The translations under genes were made by a program, and so were the position numbers. 64,000 nucleotides of DNA from Centroscyllium fabricii. Lineage: Eukaryota. Location of the stretch: assembly GCA_051313645.2 (NCBI GenBank), contig JBNRSN020000001.1, positions 125,116,001-125,180,000 of the forward strand, written 5' to 3'. The notes under the pieces were generated by a model. The model saw nothing but the letters and a program-made list of their open reading frames with translations. It was not told the origin of the DNA and did not search any database. Numbering within the stretch: position 1 is the stretch's first letter; each line of letters opens with the position of its first letter. This document shows positions 12,803 to 25,279 of this stretch, one piece after another.

Positions 12803-13490
12803 CAAGTCATGGATAAGCCAAAACATTTTGCAGCTCACCATTGGTAAGACCAAAGCCATCTTGTTTGGCCCTCACAAAAAATCCATGTCTGCTCAAGTTC
12901 AAGCTTCCTTAGTGTCCCACTCAACTCTGAATTGAGTTTCAAGCCCCACATCAAGTCCATCACCAAGACTGCCAACTTCTATGTACGAAGTATTGCCCAT
13001 TTTCATCCCTACCTTATACATTCCCACTGAAACCCTCATCCATCGCAAGCTCCATCCAACATAAAGTCCAACTCATCCAGAACCCTGACACTGCATTCCA
13101 TCCTGTTCATCTACCAACCTTGTTTTTGCCAACATTCATTTGCACCACATCCCCCCATTACTAATTCCTACCTCTGTAACCTGACCTACCCCTATACTTC
13201 TGAATGCGCATTCTTCCAATTTTAGATTGCTGCATTTCCCCCACCCCATCCTAGTCTAGTATCAGTGGCAGAGCCTTAAACTGTTTTATGAACAAATTCT
13301 GGAACTCTCTCTACAAATCTTCAACTTACTGCATTCCCCCACACCTCTTTAAAGCCTGCCTTTTCAATCACATCTTTGGCCAACTCCTCTAATTCTCTCT
13401 CCTACTCTTTCTTGAGTCTTATCTCCAACTGCAAACCACCTTGGGATGTTTAGCTATGTTGAAATATGATAGAAATATAAGTTTTGTTCA
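12803..13490 (+). mobile_element. Old L2 LINE 3' part (host of the Harbinger insertion; continues left of 8325)
   Basis: Degenerate L2 ORF2 C-terminal motifs and an L2-type tail (CCTTGGGATGTTT...AAATATAAGTT). Confidence 0.65.
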
Positions 13491-14297
13491 TTCACAGCTT
13501 CACCCAGTGGGTTATTTGCTGCTTCTGTCTTTATTTCTGAATAATGCTTTATAAAATATATAATCACCAGATGCTATATCGACAGAGCAGGGAATGGGAA
13601 TCAGGGGGAAAACTCTCCAGTGGCTGGAGTCATACCTAGAACAAAGGAAGATGGTGTGGTTGTTGAAGGCCAATCATCTCAGCCCCAAGACATTGTTGCA
13701 GGAGTTTCTCAGGGCAGTGCCTTAGGCTCAACCATCTTCAGATGCTCCATCAATGACCTTCCCTCCATCATAAGGTCAGAAGTGGGGATGTTCGCTGATG
13801 ATTGCAGTGTTCAGTGTCATTTGCAGTTTCTTAGATAATGAAGCAGTCTGTGCCCACATGCAGCAAGACCCGGACAACAGCCAGGCTTTGGCTAATAAGT
13901 GGCAAGTAACATTCGCACCACACATGACCATTTTCAACAAGAGAGTCCAACCAACTCCCCATGACATTCAATGAGATTACCATTGTCGAATTACCCCACC
14001 ATCAACATCCTGGGGGTCACCATGGACCAGAATTTAACTGGACCAGCCACATAGATACTGTGGCTACAAGAGCAGATCAGAGGCTGGGTATTCTGTGGCA
14101 AGTGACTCACCTTCTGACTCCCCAAAGCCTTTCCACCACCTGCAAGGCACGAGTCAGGAGTATGATGGAATACTTTCCACTTGCCTGGATGAGTGCAGCT
14201 CCAACAACACTCAAGAAGCTCAACACCATACAGGACAAATCAGTCTGTTTAATCAGCACTCCATATATCACCTAAAACATTCACTCCCTCCAACACC

Positions 14298-14859
14298 TGT
14301 ATTGTTTTCTACGTGGGTTCAACAACGACACATTGTTGAAGGAGAATGTTTTTTAATCTAACGTATGTTCAAGTAACTTACTGATTTACATGAGCCTTTA
14401 CAGTGAGACCCCATATAAAATCATAGAATCACAGAATCCCTACAGTGCAGACAGAGGCCATTTCGGCCCATCGAGCCTGCACTGACACATATCCCACCCT
14501 ATCGCCGTAACCCCCACATATTTAATCCCCCTAACACTAAGGGTCAATTTATCATGGCCAATCAACCTAACCCGCACATCTTTGGACTGTGGGAGGAAAC
14601 CGGATCACCCAGAGGAAACCCACGCAGACACGGGGAGAATGTGCAAACTCCACACAGATAGTCACCCGAGGCCGGATTTGAACCCGGGCCCCAAGCGCTG
14701 TGAGGCATCAGTGCTACAAACTATGCCACCATGCTGCCCATCTTGGAGATCAATCCTATACTGCAACTAAACTAACTTACTTCTTGTCACATTCCCTCTG
14801 CTGGTAAGGCATAGAAAATCAAACAGCAAATGTGATCACTATTTGCTGATATCATTACA
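14298..14859 (-). repeat. 3' LTR (contains an HE1 SINE)
   Basis: TGTATTG...CATTACA direct repeat of 19488-19723. Adjacent polypurine tract at 14860-14871. Confidence 0.9.
14415..14740 (-). mobile_element. HE1-like V-SINE, full length, inserted in the 3' LTR
   Basis: tRNA-derived head, V-domain and (ATTCTATG)-type tail. Absent from the other LTR. CCAT duplicated at both ends. Confidence 0.9.
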
Positions 14860-15099
14860 TCTCCCTTTCTTAAAACAAAAGTATTTTACTTTTAACTAAC
14901 AACATGTTTTCTTTATGTTACTCTGCAATTTTAACTGTAACACTTAATGAACTTACATTATCATTATTATTATCATTATTAAGGTTTTTTAACCTTGTTT
15001 TGTGTGTTCACATGAAATATGTAAATACACTAGAACTTGAAGAGTGAATAAGATAACACTACTTCATTCTATAACAAGAGTCCTTAAATTTGCTCTATG

Positions 15100-18000
15100 A
15101 GTCTCTCAGGAGGCTTCACATGTCTTGAGGATCCTCTGATTGATTGTCCTTGAATCTGAGTTGTTGCCTCAGATGATGTATTCTCAGCTGTGTAATCAGG
15201 TTGTTCAACAGTATCAGTCTTTCATCCTGCTGTGGCTTGTGCCATGAGAAGATCCCACTGATTTCTTCTGGCTGAATGGTGTATGATCTTGGTTGGACTT
15301 CACTAAGGACAGTTCCCTTCTGAGTCCATATGTTTGTTTTGTCTTTGAGCCTTACTTGGTCAACAGAGTGGAGTTCAGGTAGGTTTTATGTTCCTCTGTC
15401 AAAGTAGTATTTTTGCTTAACTTTCTGTTGTTCTTTCAACTTCCTCACTTTCTCCCCCTCTTATGCTTTGAGGAGGTTCTCCGGGATGGGTAGGTTTGAT
15501 CTTAGCATACATCCGATAAGGAGTTGGGCTGGTGACATACCACACTCGAGCGGCGTTGTGCGGTATACCAACATGCTCTGGTAGAAGTCAGTTCCACTGT
15601 TTTTTGCCTTGTACATCAGTCTTTTCACTGTCTGGACCAATTTTTCTACTAGTCCATTGGAGTGTGGAAAATGAGGACTTTATGTTGTGTGGACAAAGTC
15701 CCACTCTTTGGCAAAGTGTCGGAAACTTGAATTGCAAAACTGGAGTCCATTGTCTGCGAAGACCTCGCTTGCCATGCCATGTCTGGAGAAGATGGCTTTC
15801 ATACATGTTATCACAGCATCTGCAGTGGTGGTGTACAGTCTACAAACCTTTGGATACAGGGAGTAATAGTCTGTGACTACAAGATAGTCCTTCCCTTGAC
15901 ATACGAATAGGTCAGCGCCTACCTTCTGGTAAGGTCGGTCGGTGCTGGGTGTGGCTTTAATGGTTCTGCAGGATTGCTTGCTTGATATTTCCGGCATATT
16001 GTGCAGTTTGACAGCTCATTTTGTCACATCATGGTTGATTCGTGGCCAGTACATCACCTCTCGTGCTCTTTTCTTACACTTTTTGATTCCCAGATATCCT
16101 TCATGGATCCTTTTTAGTATCTCTTTTCTGAGACTCTTTGGGATAACTATTTTACTTCCTTTGCAGATGATGTCTTCGACCACTGATAGTTCCGCCCTGC
16201 AGTTCCAATACTCTGCAATGTCAGATGAGCAGTCTTGCTTCATGTTGGGCCATCCATCCAAGATGTTTTTTTCTCAGTTGTTTCAGTGTTTCATCTTTGT
16301 TTGTCTCAATCTTTATGAGCTCCATTTTTGCATCTGCTATCGGCAGTGCACTTGTGATCATGTCCACGTAGGCGTTCACGTCTTCATCCATTTTGGTGTT
16401 TGCGGGCTCCCTTGGGTCAACAGCTCCAGACAACTTGGCTGCTGTGTACATGAGCTTATCCGGAGTGTATGCAACAGTCAGTGTATAGCATTGCAGCCTG
16501 ATCATCATTCTTTGTATTCTAAGCAGACAGACATTTTGTGGCTTTTGGAACAATGCAATCAAGGTCTTATGGTCAGTCTCTACACTGATTGCTTGTCCTG
16601 ACACAAACTAGTGAAATCTTTCACAGGCCTTTGTGATGCTGAGCAGCTCCTTTTCTATTTGAGCATATCGCCTCTGTCATTGAGCACGATGCATATGCAA
16701 TAGGTTCCCAGTCATCATATTTTTGCGGAAGAACGGCAGCGAGCCCACTCTGTGATGCGTCTGATGATATCTTGATGGGTCTCACTGGGTCATAAAACCT
16801 CAGAACTGGTTCCTCTGTGAACAGTTTCTTTAGTTCGCTCCATGACTTCTCATGCTCATGATTCCACTCCCATTCTATGTTTTTTTCAGTTAGTCTTCTC
16901 AGTGGCGCCATCTTTTCTGAGAGGTTGGATATGAATTTACCCATGTAGTTGATCATTCCATTAAACCTCTGCATGTCTCTTTTGCATTGTGACCTTGGCA
17001 TATTCCCAATGGCGGACACCTTTCTGGGATCTGGTCTGATGCCCCCACTGCTAAGGATCTCTCCCACAAATGTCAGTTCTGTCACCCCGAGCTGGCATTT
17101 CTCTCTATTCAGCTTCAGGTTTGTTTTCCTTGCTGCTTCCAGCACTTTTTTCAGTCTCTCATCATGCTCATTTCACGTGGTTCCCCATGCTATGATGTCA
17201 TCCATTGAGGTATCAACTCCCTCCAGGTGCTCATAGACCAAATGGATAGTTTTGTGATGCACTTCAGGAGCTGAGGCAATGCCATATGGTAACCTTAGGA
17301 ATCTGTATCTGCCAAATGGACTATTGAACGTGGACAGTCTTGAACTTGCCTCATCCATTTTCAACTGCCAAATCCTGATGAAGCATCTAACTTGCTGAAA
17401 TACTTTGCATTTGCAAACTGTGACATGATTTCCTCATGCATTGGAAGCTTGAAGTGCTCTCTCTTTATTGCTCTGTTTAGATCTCTTGGATCCAGGCAAA
17501 TTCTGAGCTTTCCATTCTTTTTGTCCACAATGACGAGTGAACTCACCTACTCAGTTGGCTCATTCATCTTCTGCATCACGTTCCGGCTTTCCATCCTGTC
17601 CAACTCTGTCTTCAGCTGCTTTTGAAGAACAAATGGATTTTTTCTGCATGGATGTATTATCGGTGGCACACTTTTATCCACTCTGATCGTGTGTTCTCCT
17701 GGAAGGCAGCCTAGACCCTGAAATAGGTAATTGTACTATTTCATGAGTTCATCATAGACTGTTTCTCCTCTGCTTTCCACAACGAGGACTCATTTTACCA
17801 AGTTCAGTCTCTCACAGGCTATTAAGCCTAGTATGGCCTGCACATCCTTTGGCACCACGATGAATGCTAGCATGTGCTCTGTCCTTTTGTGTCACTTTGA
17901 CAATGTATTTTCCTTGCACTGGTATATCAGTACCTGAGTATCCTGTCACTTTAACTTTTATTCCATGTATCTTTGGTTTGGGTCTAACTTTCTTAAAATC

Positions 18001-19329
18001 AGTCTCTGATATCACATTAACTTGTGCTCCAGTATCCAATTTAAATGAAATGTGTATGTCATTCACTTTTAATGTCAACATCCAGTCTTTTTTCTTTTCA
18101 GACACAACGTCCACATAGAACTCCTCTATCTCCCTTTCATCTACTGCATGGATCTTGCTTTGTTGCACTTGGTTCTTACAGCAACGGGCATAATGGTTGT
18201 TTTTGTTGAAACTATTGCATGTTTTACCATATGCTGGACACTTTTTTGGTAGCTGTTGTGTATCACATTGACTACATGGCTTTCGATTGCCCCTTCCATT
18301 TTCGTTTACTGACCACGCCTCTTTTTTCACATTGGCGCTCTTTTTTTGAAACGGTTTGTGTCCGTTCTTTCTCACTGCATCCACGTTGCAGCTACTGTCA
18401 CTGAACAGCTCCTTTGCCTGCGACTTCACAGTCTCTTTAGCCCTACAGAATGCTATGGCTTTTCCCAGGTCTAGATTTTGCTCTCTTAGCAGTCTTTCCC
18501 TTAGACTATTATATGGAATACCACACACAAGTCTGTCTTTTATCAGTGAGTCTGTCAGTCCACCAAAATCACACGTTTTGCTTCTGGTTCTCAGTTCAGT
18601 CACATACTGATCAATAGTTTCTCCCATTTTCTGTACACGTGAGAAATCTGTGCCTCTCAAACATCACGTTACATAGAAACATAGAAGATAGGAGCAGGAG
18701 TCGGCTATTCGGCTCTTCCAGCCTGCTCCGCCATTCACTGAGATCATGGCTGATCATCCAAACCCAGCACCCCGCCCCTGCCCTCTCCCCATGTCCCTAT
18801 CGAGCCTACACCGACACATATCCCACCCTATCCACGTAACCCCACATATTCAATCCCCCTAACACTAAGGGTCAATTTATCATGGCCAATCAACCTAACC
18901 CGCACATCTTTGGACTGTGGGAGGAAACCGGAGCACCCGGAGGAAACCCATGCAGACACGGGGAGAATGTGCAAACTCCACACAGATAGTACCTGAGGCT
19001 GGATTTGAACCCGGGTCTCCAGAGCTGTGAGGCAACAGTGCAAACCACTATGCCACCATACCTTACGTTTAGGTATGCAGTATGCCTCAATCGGTTCCAT
19101 TATTTTATCCAGCTTCATTTTGTCTCCATCAGCAGCGAATGTGAGGTTATTATACACCTCCAGCGCTTCATTACCCATGACATGTAATAACAGACGCTTG
19201 CATTATATCACTTTTCTCGTCAGCTCTAATTGCCGCTAAATACAACTCAAAACGTTGTTTGAACCTGTTCCAATTTTCAGCCACATTACCTGTCAACTGA
19301 AGTTTTGCCGGTAGGTGTAGCCCTTCCAT
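15100..19329 (-). pseudogene. Gypsy gag-pol remnant
   Basis: Gag start MEGLHLPAKLQLTGNVAENWNRFKQRF at 19329. Zn knuckle KCPAYGKTCNS, protease KLDTGAQVN, RT LRICLDPRDLN / FSKLDASSG / SMDDII, RNaseH SSDASQSGL, integrase PYQKVGADLF / ADNGLQF. Many frameshifts. Confidence 0.9.
18671..19062 (-). mobile_element. HE1-like V-SINE inserted in Gypsy gag
   Basis: tRNA head, V-domain and CR1-type tail. ACGTT repeated on both sides. Interrupts the gag frame. Confidence 0.9.
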
Positions 19330-19473
19330 TTTTCACTTTATTTGCTATTCTCCAAAGGTAAGTAACAATGTTCTCTATTTGCTTTCTAATATGTGGAGAG
19401 CTGATTTCGCTGGGTAGCTTACTTGTCACGACTAGTTGCTAAATTCAGATTTTTCCTCTTCATCTCCTTCAAT

Positions 19474-19487
19474 CACTTCTGACACCA
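19474..19487 (-). other. Primer binding site complementary to the tRNA-Leu 3' end
   Basis: TGGTGTCAGAAGTG immediately inside the 5' LTR. Confidence 0.8.
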
Positions 19488-19723
19488 TGTATTGTTTTCT
19501 ATGTGGGTTCAATGACAACACATTGATGAAGGAGAATGTTTTTTAATCTAACGTATGTTCAAGTAACTTACTGATTTACATGAGGCTTTACAGTGAGACT
19601 CCATCTTGGAGATCAATCCTATACTGCAACTAAACTAACTTGCTTCTTGTCATGTGTCCTCTGCTGGTAAGGTATAGATAATCAAACAGGCAAATACGAT
19701 CACTATTTGTTGATATCATTACA
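19488..19723 (-). repeat. 5' LTR (236 bp)
   Basis: TGTATTG...CATTACA direct repeat of 14298-14859 minus the SINE. Confidence 0.9.
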
Positions 19724-20607
19724 ACACCGGCATACCATGGCTGCAGTAAGTACCATCTACAAGATGCACTGCAGCAGCTAGCCAAGGCTTCTTTAATAGC
19801 GGCTCTCAAACCCGCGACGTCTACCACCTAGAAGGACAAGGGCAGTGGGTGCATGGGAACACCACCAGCTCCAAGTTCCCCTTCAAATCACACACCATCC
19901 TGACTTAGAAATATCTCACTGTTCCTTCATTGTCGCTGGGTCACCATCCTGGAACTTTCTACCTAGCGGCACTGTGGGAGTACCTTCACCACACGGACTG
20001 CAGCGGTTCAAGAATTCGGCTCGCCACCAGATTCTCGGTACAATTGGTGATGGGCAATGAATGCTGGCCTTGCCAGCAATGCCCGCATCCCATGAATTAA
20101 TAACAAAAAAAGGTTTAAACTAATTTAGCACTTTTACAAATCATGTAGCTGAACTCTTTACATTCCAGTTGCTGGTAGCTGTCTATCTACTAATTACACC
20201 AATAACAATATCACCCTAGAAAGAGGCAAGTGTACCCCAAAAAATACTTCTCAATTTGACACAGTAGGGCACTCCCAGATATATTCATCATTTTAGATTC
20301 TGCACATTCCTCAAGAATGATACCACTAGGTTTGGGCAATTATTTGACAGGGGTTAGAGTAATCCCTACTTTACCATGCTCAGACAGCAGATATTACTAT
20401 CTCCAGGACCTCACCAGTGTTATGTTTATCAACAGATCAACTTAAGAAACAAAACCTGAAAAAGGTCTGGTAAAGAACTAAGCTGCCAGATGACAGAAAG
20501 GAAATGGAGAGCAATATGGAGGTAGATATTTAGAATTACCACATGCAGTAGAATGTGTGAGTGCCAGCTCAAGCTAACACAGTAAGCATATTAAATCTAT
20601 TGAATTT

Positions 20608-21003
20608 CACGGTGGCACAGTGGTTAGCACTTTTGCCTTACAGCTCTGGAGACCTGGGTTCAAATCCAGCCTCGGGTACTATCTGTGTGGAGTTTGCACA
20701 TTCTCCCCGTGTCTGCGTGGGTTTCCTCCGGGTGCTCCGGTTTCCTCCCACAGTCCAAAGATGTGCGGGTTAGGTTGATTGGCCATGATAAATTGACCCT
20801 TAGTGTTACAGGGATTAAGTATGTGGGGTTATGGGGATAGCGTGTGATATGTGTCGGTGCAGGCTCGATAGGGATCGAGGGATATGGGGACAAGGCAGGG
20901 ACAGGGTACTGGGTTTGGATGATCAGCCATGATCTCATTGAATGGCGGAGCAGGCTCGAAGGGCCGAATGACCTACTCCTGCTCCTATCTTCTATGTTTC
21001 TAT
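20608..21003 (+). mobile_element. HE1-like V-SINE
   Basis: CACGGTGGCACAGTGGTTAGCAC (A box), GGTTCAAATCC (B box), V-domain and CR1-type tail. Confidence 0.9.
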
Positions 21004-21200
21004 CCCTCATTAGGAGATGACTATTGGAGAGGCTCTAGCCAAAAGGGCTCTGATGGGTATGATACACTGCTGCACATGTTCTGGTCATCCCTCGGCAGTC
21101 AAGTATTTTGGGCAGCAGTCCAGGATGCCACAGAGTACATGACAGTCCTCGCGATTCCTAAAGATCCAGACCTCTCATTAACATATGCTTTTCCTTCAGT

Positions 21201-21930
21201 TAAGTAATAAGTAATAAGTAAATTTTATTGTCACATAAGCGAACAGAATTCAGTGAAATGCGTACTGCCAATTCCACACGTGCTACACGTCAACCAACAA
21301 CAAAAGAACATAAGATACAAAGCACGCCCGGAACCCGCAAGACGTCAAGCCATTCTCCGGCGCCATCATTGAGGGTCCGCTAATGCTCCGGCTCTTTAAT
21401 TCGATGTTGTTAATCTTCTTCCTTTACTGCAATACACTGCTGAATCGAGGATCTTGATGGTTACGGGACTAAATTCCCGCACTCCGTGAGTGAAGAATGG
21501 AGTCCAGTGCCCGACCTTCAGTCCAAGAACAGACCCAACGAACTGCCAGAACTCCCGCACTCCGGGAGTTAAGATTGAATTCCTGCTGACCGACCATCGG
21601 CCCGAGGACAATGAACCGCCGAATCGCCGAACTCCAGTATTTTGGTAGCGAAGAATAGGAAGCCTGATTTCCAACCTTCATCCTGAGAACGGGCCCAGCT
21701 GATCTACCAGCTCCCACACCTCCGGACTGAAGAAAGGACGGTCCAGGACCTAACCTTCGGCTCGAGAATGGGCCCAGCTGATCCATGGTCTCCTGCACCT
21801 AGGGAATGAAGAAACGGCCGTCCGAGGCCTAACCTTCGGCTTGAGAATGGGCCCAGCTGAACTACCAGCTCCCGCACCTCGGAGTGAAGAAACGCCAGTC
21901 CTTGGCCGGTTGCTGATACACTCCCGTTTA
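21201..21930 (-). mobile_element. Non-coding retroposon-like insert with a Rex1/Babar-like tail and internal 79-bp repeats
   Basis: Minus strand ends ...TGTGACAATAAAATT(TACTTAT)n. CpG-rich body. GGGCCCAGCTGA recurs at 21691, 21770 and 21849. Confidence 0.5.
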
Positions 21931-22489
21931 AAGTACCAGTGAGCGGTGGGAATGTTGATTGTAATACAAGCTGGTTACTGAATCACGGTGTTGTCCAATA
22001 GAAATTGCTGACTAGCCACAGGTGTTGCTGCAGCAACACAGATTTAGCTGCATGCACTAATTTTAGCAGAAACAGCCCTACACACAATGGGTACATTTAC
22101 TTAAGAAACATTTACCACCATTCAGTTACCAAGAAAGTAAAGCACTCACAACGATTGGAAAACACTTGCACACTCTACTTTTCATCTTACCATTTTACCA
22201 ATAAATACAAAAAAGGTAAAAGTACACATGCATACGCTGTGCCAATATGAGTATTGGGATCACAAGCCCAACGACAGTGTCTATTACTCATTTTTTATTT
22301 ACTGATCAAAAATGCTACATCTGGATTGCCAAGTAGCAACATGTGGCTAGTGCCCACTGCTGTGTCAGTTAGTAACTTCATCCATGGTCAGGCACGTGGA
22401 GAAAGAAAACTTGCACATCACAAGCAAAGAAAAAACAAAAGGTTTGTGTTTTGGAGACGTGGGGGCAAGGTGAGCAAGGTTGGGAACTA

Positions 22490-24645
22490 AATATTCCAGG
22501 GTACTTGGCATTTCGAAAATACAGGCAGATGGGAAAATGAGGGGTTAGCCCTGATAATAAAGCATGACATAAGGACAATAGTGAGAAAGGATCTTGGCTT
22601 GGAAGATCAGGAAGAATCAGTATGGGTGGAGATAAGAAATAACAAGGGGCAGAAAATAGTGGTGGGAGTAGTGTATAGGCCCCCTAACAGTAGCTATACT
22701 GGAGTATTAATCAAGAAATAATAGGAGTTTGTAACAAAGGTAACACAATAATCGTGGAGGACTGTAATCTTCATATAGACTGGGCAAATCAAATTGGCAA
22801 GGGTAGTCTGGAGGACGAGTTCATGGAATGCATTTGAAACAGTTTCCTAGAACAATACATCATGGAACTAACCAGGGAACAGGTTATTTTAGATTGCGGT
22901 TTGTGCAATGAGACAGGGCTAATTAGTAATCTTATAAAAGGATCCTCTTGGGAAGAGTGATCATAATATGATAAGAATTTCACTCTCAAACTCAATGTTT
23001 GCTGATGATACAAGGCTAGGTGGGAAAATAAGCGGTGAGGAAGACATAAAGAGCCTGTAAAGGGATATAGACAGGGAAAGTGAATGGGCAATAAGGTGGC
23101 AGATGGCGTTTAATGTGTGGAAATGTGAGTTATTTCACTTTGGTAGGAAGAACAGAAAAACAGAATATTTTTAAATGGTGAAAAAATATTAAATGTTGGT
23201 GTTCAGAGTGATTTAGGTGTCCTCGTAAAAGGAACATGGAGAGTTATCATGCAGGTACAGCAAAAAATTAGGAACGCAAATGGCATTTGGCCTTTATTGC
23301 AAGGGGGTTGGAGTACAAGAGTAAGGAAGTCTTGCTACAATTGTACAGGGCTTTGGTGAGACCACACCTGGAGTACTGTGCACAGTTTTGGGATCCTTAT
23401 CTAAGGGTATACTTGCCTTAGAAGCAGTGCAACGAATGAAGGTTCACTAGATTGATTCCTGGGATGAGAGGGTTGTCCTTTGAGGAGAGATTGAGTAGAT
23501 TGGGCCTATACTCTCTGGAGTTTAGAAGAATTGGAGGTGATCTCATTGAAACATATACAATTCTGAGGGGGATTGACAGGGTAGATGCTGAGATGTTGTT
23601 TCCCCTGGCTGGAGTGTCTAGAACTAGGGGGCATAGTCTCAGGATAAGGGGTCGGCCATTTAAGACTGAGGTGAGGAGGAATTTCTTCACTCAGATGGTT
23701 GTGAATCTTCGAAATTCTCTACCCCAAAGGGGTGTGGATGCTGAATCTTTGAGTGCTGAAATACATAGATTTTGGACTCTAGGGGAATCAAGGGATATGG
23801 GGATTGTGTGGGAAAGTGGAGTTGAGGTCGAAGATCAACCATGAAGTTATTGGCACTGAATTTCTGACCCCCACTGGTGCTTACGAGGTGTGTACATGCC
23901 CATAGGGGCTGTGCAAGATCCGGGTTTAGGCATGCGAAGTGCATGCGCTGATACACGGAACTTGCGATTTGTCAAGAACTCTCTTGACAGATCATCCACA
24001 TGTCCAAGAAAAGTGCCTCTGCGGGTGGAAAGTTGCGCTATTTGCTTACTTCTGCACGCTGAAAATCAATAGAATTATTACGCCTGGAAGAAGCAGGCAT
24101 AAGGCCTGCTTTTACCAGCATACGAGTTTAAAAAAATAGAAAAGTAAGATTTTATGACTCACTTATAAATCAAAAACCAATAAGGTAAGGTTATATTAAG
24201 CCTCATTAAAACTAATTATATGTCATTTTAATTAATTTTATATATGTAATGGTTTTTCTTTCTTTATTTCAGTGTGCTGGTGCATTTTTGTAGTCATCCT
24301 CATTCATACTTTTGACAGTTCTGTGTGTACGGAACTGTCGAAAGTATGAAGGGAGATTCCCTTCTTCCATTGGTTGGGCTGGCCCACGTGATACAAGGGG
24401 GGGCTTGCGAACCGGAAGCGCCCCTGGGATATGTGGGCCTCTGTGCATTTTGAAGAGGAGAGGCCCAGGAGCAGAGGCCTCAGTATCAACGGAACCAGCA
24501 GGTAGGTTCTTAGAATTTTTTCTCATCGGAGGCATCCACCCGCAGGAAACCTCCGATCAGAAATTCAAGGCTACTGAATGGTGGAGCAGGCTCAAGGGGT
24601 TCTATGGCCTACTCTTGCTCCTAATTCTTATGTTCTTACATTCTT
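22490..24645 (+). mobile_element. CR1/HER1-type LINE (endonuclease and RT remnants, internally deleted) with a MITE in its 3' UTR
   Basis: VGVVYRPP endonuclease motif, FADD, MIPGMRGLSFEERLSRLGLYSLEFRRIGGDLIETY...NFFTQ, and a CR1 tail. Confidence 0.85.
23852..24572. mobile_element. MITE (3-bp TSD type) inserted in the CR1 tail
   Basis: TIR core TGAATTTCTGA / TCAGAAATTCA, TSD ATT/ACT. Splits the tail motif CCATGA..TTATT|GAATGG.GGAGCAGG. Confidence 0.7.
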
Positions 24646-24649
24646 ATGG

Positions 24650-25048
24650 AGTAGCTTTCATGACCTCAGGACCTCCCAAAGCGGTTTACAGCCAATGAAG
24701 TCACTGTTGTAATGTAGGAAACGCAGCTGCCAACATGTGCACAGCAAGGTCCCACAACAACTATGAGATACTGACCAAAAAATCTGTTTTAGTGATGCTG
24801 GTTTGAAGGGTAAATATTGGCCAGGACACCAGGGAGAACTCACCTGCTCTTCTTTGAATAGTGCCAAGGGATCTTTTATGTCCACCTGAAGTGACAGATG
24901 GAACCTCGGTTTAACATCTCATCCAAAAGATGGCACCTTCAACAGTGCAGCACTCGAGGGATAATGCAGATTTTGTGCTCAAGTCTCTGGAGTGGGGTTT
25001 ATATCCATGACGTCCTGCCTCAGATGCTAAAGCATGACAGCTGACACT
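24650..25048 (-). mobile_element. SacSINE1/Deu-SINE
   Basis: Reverse-complement match to 50531-50960. Confidence 0.75.
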
Positions 25049-25279
25049 GTATAGGTCATCGAGGACTGATTCCACAATGAGGTGCTATACCTCCAAGGAG
25101 CAGAGTTTGCATTGGACATTGGGCATTTGTCAGAGGCCTGTAGCCCATGACTTTCCATCCATTAAAATCAATGGACTGAAAATAAGAAGCCAGCTGCCCT
25201 ACAACCATGGTTCCTTGCTGGGAGTGAATGGAGTGAGCGCTTACAAGAAGTTAATAATTCTTAAAAGTAAATGCTTATT

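Larger units (their letters stand above)
14298..19723 (-). mobile_element. Full-length decayed Ty3/Gypsy LTR retrotransposon (Mag / K02A2.6-like)
   Basis: Two TG...CA LTRs, 5-bp TSD ACACC (14293-14297, 19724-19728), PBS TGGTGTCAGAAGTG and PPT AAGAAAGGGAGA. Domain order gag-PR-RT-RNaseH-IN. Confidence 0.95.
13590..20105 (+). mobile_element. CR1-group LINE 3' portion split by the Gypsy element (13590-14297 and 19724-20105)
   Basis: RT motifs GVSQGSALGSTIF...INDLP...MFADD. The sequence continues across the ACACC TSD to a tail ending at ~20100. Confidence 0.8.

Noticed and set aside
20608-20680. tRNA genes
   Set aside because: The A/B-box sequences are SINE heads continuing into V or Deu domains.
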